A stretch of DNA of 39,009 nt, from positions 1 through 39,009 of the forward strand of contig JAHDDB010000002.1 of NCBI GenBank assembly GCA_020629575.1, written 5' to 3'. Position numbers and translations under genes: made by a program. Source of the stretch: Caedibacter sp. (GTDB taxonomy: Bacteria; Pseudomonadota; Gammaproteobacteria; Francisellales; Francisellaceae). Shown piece by piece: positions 18,431 to 27,971 of this stretch. Below the pieces are notes generated by a model. That model was given only the letters and a program-made list of their open reading frames with translations. It had not been told where the DNA came from and ran no database searches. Numbering within the stretch: position 1 is the first letter of the stretch; each line of letters begins with the position of its first letter.

Positions 18431-19537
18431 TTAATTTTCAGTCACTGCCTTTTGGCATTCTTTATATACTTTTTCGCCTTTGCGTACAAAAGGAAACTGC
18501 ACGATTTTAGCCGGTACTTGTTTATTGCGGATTTCAACAAACACATTCTCAGCATCTTTAGGAATACGGGCAAGCGCTATACTTTCAGATAGCGTTGGTG
18601 AGAAAGTACCACTGGTGATAACCCCTGTTTTACTACTTCCTTTAATCACAACTTTTTGACCATGACGCAGTACACCGCGATCCAAAAGCACTAAACCGAC
18701 AAGCTTGCTATCAATTGCAGGTTTTTTATTTAATAACGCCTCTTTACCGACAAAGTCTCGATCATCAGTTAATGATACTGTCCACATTAACGCTGACTCA
18801 ATTGGTGTTGTCGTTTGATCCATATCTTGGGAGTAAAGATTCATCCCAGCTTCTAAGCGCAACGTATCGCGTGAAGCTAAACCACAAGGAGTAACATCCT
18901 CTTCAATCAACTTATCCCAAAATACAGCTACCTCATCTGCAGGCAGTGAGATTTCATAGCCATCTTCACCGGTATAACCAGTGCGCGCAATCATCCACTC
19001 ACCATTTTTATGCATGGTAAATGGTTTTAGGTTTTTCACCTCTTCTGTAGCTAAGTTTGCTAATGCAACATCAGCTTTTTGACGCGCCTCGGGCCCTTGC
19101 ACGGCAATAATTGCCAAATCATCGCGCACATTAATCTTTACATCAAAGTTACTTTTATGTTTATTCATCCACTGAACATCTGTTGTACGATTACCCGCAT
19201 TAATCACCAAACGAATAAAGTCATCACTAAAATGATACGCGATAAGATCATCAACAATCCCCGCTTCTTCATTGAGCATGCAAGAATACAATGCCTTACC
19301 TTCTGGTATTTTATTAATATCATTGGCTAATAAAAATCGAATAAAGTGCTTTGCGTCCTTGCCAATAATATCAACCGTTAACATGTGACTAACATCAAAC
19401 ATGCCGGCACTTTTTCGTACTGCATGATGCTCTTCAATCACGCCTTGATATTGAATAGGCATCTCCCAGCTAGCAAAGTCAACCATTCGTGCATTGTGTT
19501 GTAAATGCTTTTCATATAAAGGTGTTCTTAATCCCAT
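18431..19537 (-). CDS. gcvT: glycine cleavage system aminomethyltransferase T
   Basis: Motifs LRTPLYE, GMFDVSHM, ARTGYTGEDGYE and RDTLRLEAG. Start at 19537 (MGLRTPLY). Confidence 0.97.
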   Translation of the reverse strand: MGLRTPLYEKHLQHNARMVDFASWEMPIQYQGVIEEHHAVRKSAGMFDVSHMLTVDIIGKDAKHFIRFLLANDINKIPEGKALYSCMLNEEAGIVDDLIAYHFSDDFIRLVINAGNRTTDVQWMNKHKSNFDVKINVRDDLAIIAVQGPEARQKADVALANLATEEVKNLKPFTMHKNGEWMIARTGYTGEDGYEISLPADEVAVFWDKLIEEDVTPCGLASRDTLRLEAGMNLYSQDMDQTTTPIESALMWTVSLTDDRDFVGKEALLNKKPAIDSKLVGLVLLDRGVLRHGQKVVIKGSSKTGVITSGTFSPTLSESIALARIPKDAENVFVEIRNKQVPAKIVQFPFVRKGEKVYKECQKAVTEN

Positions 19538-19729
19538 GATAACCTCGCGTGGCTTAATCCTCGTATGTTGAGGGCTCATTATAGCTAAAAGAAAATAGTG
19601 AATAAATCGCTAATTGGCAGAAATTTACAGAATTTAAATCTCCCTCACCCGTTTCTTCATATTGTTTACTTCACTGGGTAAATACGCTAAGGTAGCCATC
19701 AATTTACTATAAATATATTTTACTTTACG

Positions 19730-20572
19730 ATGATTCACTGGTTTCCAGGGCATATGCACAAGGCAACTAAAGAGCTGATGAAGCTTATGCCACAAATTGA
19801 TATTGCAATTGAAGTTGTTGACGCGCGCGCGCCTGAGGCAAGTGCTAATCCGGTATTGCATGAAGCAGCCAAAAGCAAACCGATTATTAAGATTCTCTCT
19901 AAATCTGATCTTGCTGATCCCAAAGTCACCAAACAATGGCTTCAATTTTATAATGGTAAGGCAATTGCCTTGGATATTGCACGCGATAAAAAAAGCGCAC
20001 AGAAAATCATTCAATTATGTAAAAAACAGCTACCCAATCGCGGTACGCTTTTAAAGCCAATACGCGCAGTTATTTTTGGTATTCCTAATGTTGGTAAATC
20101 AACACTTATTAACAGTCTTGCCAAGCGCAAAATCGCACAAACGGGCAATGAGCCTGCCGTTACTAAAAGGCAGCAAAAAATTGAAATTGAGAAACATTTT
20201 TATCTGAATGACACACCAGGAATTATGTTTCCAAGCCCTAAGGATGAAGGGTGTGGCTTTAAGCTTGCTGCCATTGGTTCGATTCGTGATACCGCCATGG
20301 ATTACCCAACAACCGCTTATTTTATGCTGCAACTATTAAAAGAAGATTACTCTGGGGTATTAAGTTCTCGTTATAAAATTACTGAAGACTCAGAAGATTT
20401 AGAAAAAATGCTTATGGCAGTTGGTAAGACACTAGGGCAGCAGCATATGCATCATATTGCCGAGAAACTTATCCAAGATTTTCGCCAAGGCAGAATAGGT
20501 AAAATAAGCTTAGAAACACCTGAGAATTATTTGAAATTTCAGGTGGCTGAAGAAACTAAAGACAATAGCTAA
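19730..20572 (+). CDS. ylqF: ribosome biogenesis GTPase YlqF/RbgA
   Basis: Motifs IHWFPGHM, VVDARAP, GIPNVGKSTLIN and DTPG; circularly permuted GTPase. Confidence 0.95.
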   Translation: MIHWFPGHMHKATKELMKLMPQIDIAIEVVDARAPEASANPVLHEAAKSKPIIKILSKSDLADPKVTKQWLQFYNGKAIALDIARDKKSAQKIIQLCKKQLPNRGTLLKPIRAVIFGIPNVGKSTLINSLAKRKIAQTGNEPAVTKRQQKIEIEKHFYLNDTPGIMFPSPKDEGCGFKLAAIGSIRDTAMDYPTTAYFMLQLLKEDYSGVLSSRYKITEDSEDLEKMLMAVGKTLGQQHMHHIAEKLIQDFRQGRIGKISLETPENYLKFQVAEETKDNS

Positions 20573-20626
20573 CGTCGTTCATATTATGCGAACGGTATTC
20601 CCAACTTGATAAGTTGAAGCGATGCA

Positions 20627-20727
20627 CTGAGCATCAGTCGAAGTGGGTAATCACACTTCATAGAGGCTTCGACTTACGCTCAGCCAACGCTTACACAATC
20701 AAAGTGGTCAGGAATATGGCATAGCCA
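20627..20727. repeat. family A composite element (inverted doublet + ~45-bp tail)
   Basis: CTGAGCATCAGTCGAAG (20627-20643) and CTTCGACTTACGCTCAG (20667-20683). 20649-20686 is identical to 37182-37219. Confidence 0.92.
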
Positions 20728-20728
20728 A

Positions 20729-21688
20729 TTATTTAATAACAGACGCTTCACCTGAAGCAAACACGCGTTCACTATCTCCAATTTTTAGTTTCAACTGACC
20801 TAATGCATTGACACCATTAGCAATGCCAGTAATCACCTCTTTATTTAAAATATTTAAACCAATCGTTTTACCTTTTAAATAATCATACTTAGCATAATCC
20901 TCAATAAAAGCACTAAAGTCATTGTTTTCAAATCGCTCTAGCGTTGAGATTAATTCATTGCTAATCCCGATAGCTAAGTCATTGCGATCAATATAATGGT
21001 TTAATTCACTTGTCAATGACGTCCAGCCTTGTGTGATATCATCGCGTTTCTGCATATTAACATTAATACCAATACCAATCACAATCTGGCTTTGCGCATT
21101 TGATTCCGCTTTAACTTCAATCAAAATACCTGAAAGTTTTTTGGCATTGATATAAATATCATTTGGCCATTTGATTTTAATATCTAATATTGGATATTTA
21201 TTCACTAAAGCTTTTGCAACACTCACTGCCACTGCCAAACTCAAGCCTGATAGCTCACTTAATTCTTTGTGTAAGCTTACCTTTAATGAGTAATATAGAT
21301 TCTCAGCAAAGGGTGAGCACCACACACGATCAAAGCGCCCTTTGCCTTGGCGTTGCTCTTCTGCGATACAAATATGATAATCACTTTTGACTGTTGAGTT
21401 TTGTAGATAGGTATTGGTTGAATCAACAGTTGTTAAACATTCAATCTCTACATCTTTAGCCTCAACAGCTGCTAAAATCTTTGCTTGATCAAGCATAATA
21501 AGCGGTGACTGTAACTTATAACCACGAACACGATCTGACTCGACCGCTATATGATAATCATTTTGCAGTTTTTGAATCGCTTTCCATACTGCAGCCCGTG
21601 TAATTCCAAGCGTATTACCGATGGTTGTGCCATCAGTATAAACTTCATGACTTAATTGCTTTAAAATCTCTAACGTTGTTGTATTCAA
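20729..21688 (-). CDS. birA: bifunctional biotin--[ACC] ligase / repressor
   Basis: N-terminal HTH (LGITRAAVWKAI); motifs DSTN, AEEQRQGKGRFDRVW, KWPNDI and KLSGILIE; TTG start with a GGAG RBS. Confidence 0.95.
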   Translation of the reverse strand: MNTTTLEILKQLSHEVYTDGTTIGNTLGITRAAVWKAIQKLQNDYHIAVESDRVRGYKLQSPLIMLDQAKILAAVEAKDVEIECLTTVDSTNTYLQNSTVKSDYHICIAEEQRQGKGRFDRVWCSPFAENLYYSLKVSLHKELSELSGLSLAVAVSVAKALVNKYPILDIKIKWPNDIYINAKKLSGILIEVKAESNAQSQIVIGIGINVNMQKRDDITQGWTSLTSELNHYIDRNDLAIGISNELISTLERFENNDFSAFIEDYAKYDYLKGKTIGLNILNKEVITGIANGVNALGQLKLKIGDSERVFASGEASVIK

Positions 21689-21754
21689 TTATGATTACTC
21701 CATTGTCTAACTGCGTCTTTTATTGACACATTTAGCAATATTAACAGTGAGGGG

Positions 21755-21779
21755 AAAAAACATGCTCCAAAGAGCATGT
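21755..21779 (-). terminator. probable intrinsic terminator after lpdA
   Basis: Stem ACATGCTC/GAGCATGT with a 4-nt loop, then a T-run on the minus strand. Confidence 0.65.
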
Positions 21780-21834
21780 CTTGATAAGTATAGCTATATT
21801 AAAAATTTAAAAGGTAATGTTGTCGTAATTAGAA

Positions 21835-23253
21835 CTACTTCTTCTTAGGCGCATAAATATCAGTTGCTGTACCCTCATAAACCTCTGTTGCCATCATCAA
21901 GGTTTCAGATAAAGTTGGGTGTGGATGGATTGTCAATGAGATATCTTCAGCATCACAACCCATCTCAATGGCTAATGCCGCTTCAGCAATTAACTCACCG
22001 GCATTTGGACCAACGATACCAGCACCGATGATGACATGGTTCTCATCATACAGGACTTTAGTCATCCCTTCATTGCGCCCAATACTAAGGGACCTGCCGC
22101 TAGCTGCCCATGGGAATACACCCTTGTCATATTTGATACCTTTTTCTTTGGCTTCTTTTTCAGTCACACCAACCCATGCTACTTCAGGATCAGTATAGGC
22201 AACTGCTGGAATGCATTTTGGCTCAAAGTAATGCTTCATGCCACAGATCACCTCAGCAGCAATGCGCCCCTCAGGCACTGCTTTGTGTGCCAACATTGGC
22301 TGACCAACCACGTCCCCTATCGCATAAATATGTGGGATATTTGTTTTTAACTGATTATCAACAGCGATAAAGCCACGTTCATCAACGTTAACCCCTGCTT
22401 TCTCAGCATCGATTAACTTACCATTTGGTGTACGACCAACTGCCAAAAGAATACGATCAAAACGCTCATCTTTAGCAGCTTTTTTACCTTCCATTGAAAC
22501 GTAAAGACCATCTTTTTTTGCTTCAACTTTTGTCACTTTAGTCTCTAAGCGAATATCATAACGCTTAGCCATCATCTTCTCATAAGGCTTAACGATATCT
22601 TTGTCAGCTGCACCCATAAGTTGGTCCATAAATTCAACAACGGTAATCTCAGTACCTAATTCGCTATAAACTTGCGCCATCTCAAGACCGATGATACCGC
22701 CACCAATAACGAGCATCTTCTTTGGCACTTCTTTCATCTCCAGTGCACCTGTTGAATCAATAATACGTGGATCTTCTGGAATAAATGGTAATTTAATTGA
22801 GCTAGAACCCACCGCGATAATCGCATTCTCAAACGCAATTTTCTTAACGCCATCTTTTGTTTCAACCGCGATTTCATTCGCACCTGTAAACTTACCATAG
22901 CCTTGGACGATTTCAACTTTACGTTGTTTCGCTAAGCCCTTTAAACCACCTGTTAACTGACCAACGATCTTATCTTTATAACCTAAAATCTTATCTTTAT
23001 TGAAAGTTAAGTTATCAAAACTAATCAAGCCATCTTTTTCTAAATGACGCGCTTCATTAATGACTTTAGCGACATGCAGCAACGCTTTTGATGGGATACA
23101 TCCAACATTCAAGCACACACCACCAATAGAGTCATAACGCTCAACAAGGACGACCTTCTTACCTAAATCTGCCGCACGAAATGCTGCACTATAACCGCCA
23201 GGTCCACTACCTAAGACAACGACTTCTGTTTTAATATTGTTTACATCACTCAT
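21835..23253 (-). CDS. lpdA: dihydrolipoyl dehydrogenase
   Basis: Motifs GSGPGGY, GGVCLNVGCIPSKAL, GGGIIGLE and HPHPTLSE. Confidence 0.98.
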   Translation of the reverse strand: MSDVNNIKTEVVVLGSGPGGYSAAFRAADLGKKVVLVERYDSIGGVCLNVGCIPSKALLHVAKVINEARHLEKDGLISFDNLTFNKDKILGYKDKIVGQLTGGLKGLAKQRKVEIVQGYGKFTGANEIAVETKDGVKKIAFENAIIAVGSSSIKLPFIPEDPRIIDSTGALEMKEVPKKMLVIGGGIIGLEMAQVYSELGTEITVVEFMDQLMGAADKDIVKPYEKMMAKRYDIRLETKVTKVEAKKDGLYVSMEGKKAAKDERFDRILLAVGRTPNGKLIDAEKAGVNVDERGFIAVDNQLKTNIPHIYAIGDVVGQPMLAHKAVPEGRIAAEVICGMKHYFEPKCIPAVAYTDPEVAWVGVTEKEAKEKGIKYDKGVFPWAASGRSLSIGRNEGMTKVLYDENHVIIGAGIVGPNAGELIAEAALAIEMGCDAEDISLTIHPHPTLSETLMMATEVYEGTATDIYAPKKK

Positions 23254-23268
23254 TTTTTTACCCTTTGT

Positions 23269-24849
23269 TTATAAAAGTATTTCTCTTAAATCTGCCAAAA
23301 TTGCGCAATAACGTGTTAAGAACTGTGCTGCTAACGCGCCATCAATCACTCGATGATCGGTTGATAATGACAATGGCAACATGGTTCTTGGTGCAAATTC
23401 TTTACCATTCCACACCGGTTTAATAGCAGCCTTTGACACACCCATAATTGCCACTTCAGGCATATTAATAATTGGTGTAAATGCTGTCGTGCCCAAAACA
23501 CCCAAGCTTGAAATGGTAAATATCGCACCTTGCATATCATCAGGTTTTAGCTTACCATCACGTCCTTTTTTGACCAACTCCATAATCTCGCGTGAAATCT
23601 CAAAGATCCCTTTTTGATCGGCATCTTTAATCACCGGTACAACCAAACCTTTTGGTGTATCTGCAGCAAAGCCGATATTAAAGTATTTCTTAACAATTAA
23701 ACTCTCTCCATCATTCGATAATGAGCTGTTAAAACGTGGATATTCTTTTAATGCCACAGCTGCGGCTTTGATCAAAAATGATAGCGGTGTCACTTTAACC
23801 CCTGCTTTTTCAGCTGCTGGCTTTTTAGCATTTCTAAAGGCTTCAAGATCGGTAATATCCGCATCATCATAAAACGTTACATGCGGGATCTTAACCCAAT
23901 TACGCGCTAAGTTCTTGGCACTTAATTTATTAATGCGTGACAAAGATTCCACTTCAATCTCACCAAATTTGGCAAAATCAATCTGTGGATCAGGTAAAAG
24001 ATCCAAACCACCACCGCTTGATACATTGCCTGATTGAACGGCTTGCACGGCTTTTTTGATATAGTTTTCGCAATCTTCTTTGGTAATACGTCCTTTGCGA
24101 CCTGTCGCCACAACGCGTGCTAACTCAACACCTAAGATACGCGCTAAACGACGTACAGCAGGTGATGCATGCGCATTGGTATTATGCACATCCGTTGTTT
24201 CCACTGCAGCAGTTAACTGAGCTTGAGCCGCTGGAACAGCAGCTATCATTGCTTCTTTGGTTTCTGATTGTTTTGGCGCAGGTGCCACAGTTGCCGCACC
24301 TGTCACTTCAAGGGTTAGCACCAAGTCGCCTTGTGATACTTTATCACCGACCTTGATTTTGACATCAACGACTTTACCTGATTCAGGTGATGGAATTTCC
24401 ATTGACGCTTTATCAGTTTCAAGCGTTGCTAATGAATCTTCAGCATTGATCACATCCCCCGGTTTGACGTTGATCTCAATCACATCAACACCTTTATAGT
24501 CACCGATATCAGGAACGGTCACATCAATCACTTGTGTACTTTGCGCTTGTGATGGTGCAACTTCTGCCGCTGCAGGTTCTACTGATTGAGGTGGCTCAGA
24601 TGAGGCAGCTGCATCAGTTTCGACCGATAGAACTAATGAGCCCTCTGAAACTTTATCACCCACTTTGACATTAATCTCTTTAACAACACCTGCAAAGGGA
24701 GCTGGAACTTCCATTGACGCTTTGTCTGTTTCTAGGGTAACTAATGAGTCTTCTGCCTCAATCGTGTCCCCCACTTTGACATTCACCTCAATTACATCAA
24801 CATCTTTATAGTCACCGATATCTGGTACTGTGACTTTTTGTATTGCCAT
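23269..24849 (-). CDS. aceF: pyruvate dehydrogenase E2 with two lipoyl domains
   Basis: Two ETDKASME lipoyl motifs, the HASPAVRRLAR binding domain and the catalytic DHRVIDG. Confidence 0.97.
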   Translation of the reverse strand: MAIQKVTVPDIGDYKDVDVIEVNVKVGDTIEAEDSLVTLETDKASMEVPAPFAGVVKEINVKVGDKVSEGSLVLSVETDAAASSEPPQSVEPAAAEVAPSQAQSTQVIDVTVPDIGDYKGVDVIEINVKPGDVINAEDSLATLETDKASMEIPSPESGKVVDVKIKVGDKVSQGDLVLTLEVTGAATVAPAPKQSETKEAMIAAVPAAQAQLTAAVETTDVHNTNAHASPAVRRLARILGVELARVVATGRKGRITKEDCENYIKKAVQAVQSGNVSSGGGLDLLPDPQIDFAKFGEIEVESLSRINKLSAKNLARNWVKIPHVTFYDDADITDLEAFRNAKKPAAEKAGVKVTPLSFLIKAAAVALKEYPRFNSSLSNDGESLIVKKYFNIGFAADTPKGLVVPVIKDADQKGIFEISREIMELVKKGRDGKLKPDDMQGAIFTISSLGVLGTTAFTPIINMPEVAIMGVSKAAIKPVWNGKEFAPRTMLPLSLSTDHRVIDGALAAQFLTRYCAILADLREILL

Positions 24850-24922
24850 GCAATTTTCCTCTTGTTTTTAATTTTTTTAATTTAGTTTTAAAACGCTTAA
24901 TTCTATTATTTACTATCAGTCC

Positions 24923-25038
24923 AACACCCCCGCCTTCGTAAACTCGGCACCCCTCTTGCAAAGAGGGGAATCTAAATAAGCCTTAGCCTAATTCCCCTCT
25001 TTGCAAGAGGGGTGGCAGCCACAGGCTGACGGGGTGTT
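24923..25038. repeat. family D inverted doublet of palindromic units
   Basis: AACACCCC...CACCCCTCTTGCAAAGAGGGGAAT, a spacer, then ATTCCCCTCTTTGCAAGAGGGGTG...GGGGTGTT. Confidence 0.88.
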
Positions 25039-25093
25039 TTAAGATTATAGTTTCTTTAAACTATGCAAATCCCTATTGGGCATATGCAATATT

Positions 25094-25116
25094 GGGCGTA
25101 TGCGATACGCCCCTAC
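25094..25116 (-). repeat. GTAG-type REP palindrome, copy 2
   Basis: The minus strand reads GTAG-GGGCGTATCGCATACGCCC. A degenerate partial copy is adjacent at about 25075-25093. Confidence 0.85.
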
Positions 25117-25137
25117 TAGTATTTAATATATGCCCGA

Positions 25138-27819
25138 TTAGTGACTTACTGGGTCAAGACGCTCAGGATCAATATTGTATTTCTTAATCGCATCTTTAAC
25201 CACTTTGGCAGTCACAGCACCTTCGCGTAACAAGCCAGTTAGCGCGGCAATAACCACATGATAACGATCGACTTCAAAGAAGCTTCTTAAGTTCTCACGC
25301 GAATCAGAGCGACCAAAGCCATCCGTACCTAAGGTAATATAATTTTGAGGCATAAACTCACGTAATTGCTCAGTATAAAGCTTGATATAATCCGTTGATG
25401 CAATCACAGGACCTGTGTGACCTTTTAAACATTTCTCAATATGTGTTTGTTGTGCCTTTTTATCAGGGTGAAGCATATTCCAACGTGCCACTTGTCGACT
25501 ATCACGATAAAGCTCATTCGCTGAGGTCATACTCCAAACATCACTGGTGACACCAAAGTCTCTCTCTAATAACTCGGCAGCTGCTTCAACTTCGCGCAAA
25601 ATAGTGCCTGAGCCCATTAACTGTACATGCTTTTTCGTATCGGCTTTTTTAGCGCCTTTTAATAAGTATAAGCCTTTGATAATGCCTTCTTCAGAGCCTT
25701 CAGGCATCGCACCATGCATATAGTTCTCATTCATTACCGTGACATAGTAGAAAACCTGCTCACCTTCAACATACATGCGACGCATACCATCCCAAAGAAT
25801 CACAGCAAGCTCATATGCATACGTTGGATCATAAGAGATACATGATGGAATAAGACCGGCTTGAATATGACTATGCCCATCTTCATGTTGAAGCCCTTCA
25901 CCATTAAGTGTGGTGCGTCCTGCAGTGCCTCCTAATAAGAAGCCTTTGGCGTGTGAATCTCCTGCGAGCCACGCAAGGTCACCAATTCGTTGGAAACCAA
26001 ACATTGAGTAATAAATATAAAATGGAATCATCGGTACACGATGAACACTATACGAAGTGGCTGCCGCTAACCATGAGCAAAAGCCGCCGGCTTCATTGAT
26101 ACCATCTTGGATGATCTGTCCATCCGTTGATTCCTTATAGTACATTACTTGCGCTTTATCTTCTGGCACATATTGCTGACCGCGATGGTTGTAAATACCT
26201 AATTGACGGAATAAGCCTTCCATACCAAACGTACGTGATTCATCTACTGTCACTGGCACCAAACGATCTTTTAGCTCTTTATGACGTGTTAGATTAACAA
26301 ACATACGTACAAATGCCGTTGTCGTTGAAAACTCACGATCACCACTTGCCTCTAAGAATAACTGACCGAAATCCTGATAACTTGGAATCGGTAAAGCGGT
26401 GTTATTTTCAAAGCGTGCAGGCGCGTAGCCATCTAATGCTTTACGTTGCGCATGTAAATAAGCATGCTCTTTAGAGCCTTCTTGGAATTTGACAAACTCC
26501 ATATTTTCAACTTGCTCATCCGTTGCCGGCACATCGAATCGATCACGAATATATTTTAGTGCTGCGGTATCAAGCTTTTTAACATTGTGCGCAATGTTCT
26601 TAGATTCACCCCATTCACCTAAACCATAGCCTTTAATGGTCATTGGTAAAATAACCGTTGGCTTACCTGTTGTATTATTAACAGCGCGTTGGTAAGCCGC
26701 ATATACCTTAATCGGATCATGCCCACCACGCATTAAGTTTTGCACATCTTCATCAGTGTAACCCTTGCCCATTTCTTCTAGCTCTGGATCGCCACCGAAA
26801 ATGGTTTGACGCAAATCTTGTCCGCCATGCGAACGTGCAAACTGCATCTGACCATCATTCATCTGTGCTAAACGCTGTTGTAGTTTACCATTAGTATCTT
26901 TGGCAAATAATGGCTCCCAGTTGCTACCCCATAACACTTTAATGACATTCCAACCAGCACCTGTAAAGATCTGAGCGAATTCCTCAACAATCTTACCATT
27001 TCCATCAACCAGACCATCTAAGCGCTGAAGATTACAGTTGATCACAAAAATTAGATTATCCAAGCCCTCACGTGCTGCACGATTAATCGCGCCTAATGAC
27101 TCAGGTTCATCCATCTCACCATCACCACAAAACGCCCATACACGGCGATTGCTCGTTTGGGCTAATTTACGTGCTTCTAGATACTTCATAAAGCGTGCTT
27201 GATAAATCGCTTGCAATGGACCAAGCCCCATTGAAACCGTTGGGAACTGCCAATAGGTTGGCTGCAAATATGGATGCGGGTAAGATGATAAGCCTTTATC
27301 ACCATTGAATGCTTGTTGGCGGAAGTTCTTTAGCTGCTCTTCAGTTAATCGCCCTTCAAGGTAAGAGCGCGCGTAAATCACAGGCGTTGTATGTCCTTGA
27401 TAAAAAACCAAATCCCCTGCTTTTGTTTCACTTGGCGCATGGAAGAAGTGGTTAAACCCGACTTCATAAAGCGTCATAATTGAGGCACCTGAACCGATGT
27501 GTCCACCTAATGTACCATCTTTTTTATTCGCTTTAGCAACCATAACCGCCGCATTCCAGCGATTAAGATTCTCGATTTTTTGTTCAATTTCCAAATCTCC
27601 TGGATAACCGGGCTGATCAGCGACTTTAATCGTATTCATAAACGAAATACTTTTAGCAGGTGCATACGCACTATCAATACCAATTTCGCCAGCACGATCC
27701 AATAAACGATTCACCAAAAAGCTAGCACGCTCTGCACCTTCACGTGTCACAACATCCTCTAATGCTTCTAGCCACTCTTGCGTTTCGGTTGTATCAATAT
27801 CATGAAACCTTTCAGACAT
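25138..27819 (-). CDS. aceE: pyruvate dehydrogenase E1 (homodimeric)
   Basis: Motifs ETQEWL, LSSYPHP, WQFPTVSMGLGP, the TPP motif GDGEMDEPE and GEGLQHEDG. Confidence 0.98.
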   Translation of the reverse strand: MSERFHDIDTTETQEWLEALEDVVTREGAERASFLVNRLLDRAGEIGIDSAYAPAKSISFMNTIKVADQPGYPGDLEIEQKIENLNRWNAAVMVAKANKKDGTLGGHIGSGASIMTLYEVGFNHFFHAPSETKAGDLVFYQGHTTPVIYARSYLEGRLTEEQLKNFRQQAFNGDKGLSSYPHPYLQPTYWQFPTVSMGLGPLQAIYQARFMKYLEARKLAQTSNRRVWAFCGDGEMDEPESLGAINRAAREGLDNLIFVINCNLQRLDGLVDGNGKIVEEFAQIFTGAGWNVIKVLWGSNWEPLFAKDTNGKLQQRLAQMNDGQMQFARSHGGQDLRQTIFGGDPELEEMGKGYTDEDVQNLMRGGHDPIKVYAAYQRAVNNTTGKPTVILPMTIKGYGLGEWGESKNIAHNVKKLDTAALKYIRDRFDVPATDEQVENMEFVKFQEGSKEHAYLHAQRKALDGYAPARFENNTALPIPSYQDFGQLFLEASGDREFSTTTAFVRMFVNLTRHKELKDRLVPVTVDESRTFGMEGLFRQLGIYNHRGQQYVPEDKAQVMYYKESTDGQIIQDGINEAGGFCSWLAAATSYSVHRVPMIPFYIYYSMFGFQRIGDLAWLAGDSHAKGFLLGGTAGRTTLNGEGLQHEDGHSHIQAGLIPSCISYDPTYAYELAVILWDGMRRMYVEGEQVFYYVTVMNENYMHGAMPEGSEEGIIKGLYLLKGAKKADTKKHVQLMGSGTILREVEAAAELLERDFGVTSDVWSMTSANELYRDSRQVARWNMLHPDKKAQQTHIEKCLKGHTGPVIASTDYIKLYTEQLREFMPQNYITLGTDGFGRSDSRENLRSFFEVDRYHVVIAALTGLLREGAVTAKVVKDAIKKYNIDPERLDPVSH

Positions 27820-27971
27820 GTTGCCTCCATAGACAGTTAAAACTTAAAAAGCTTAAAAAACAATTAAAGCTAAGTATTAAAAACGGCGACAATTATAAAC
27901 CTAAGACTCCTGAAAATATAGGCGAATTAGCACTTTAGCGGAAAAGCTTGGATTCTTTGATTAAAACACAA

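Noticed and set aside
19538-19729. Glycine riboswitch upstream of gcvT
   Set aside because: The region is a short AT-rich divergent spacer, and I could not recognise the aptamer core motifs.
19634-20014. 126-aa minus-strand ORF
   Set aside because: It is an antisense shadow of ylqF with no recognisable motif.
24380-24840. Internal DNA duplication in aceF
   Set aside because: It is explained by the two lipoyl domains, which is normal for E2.
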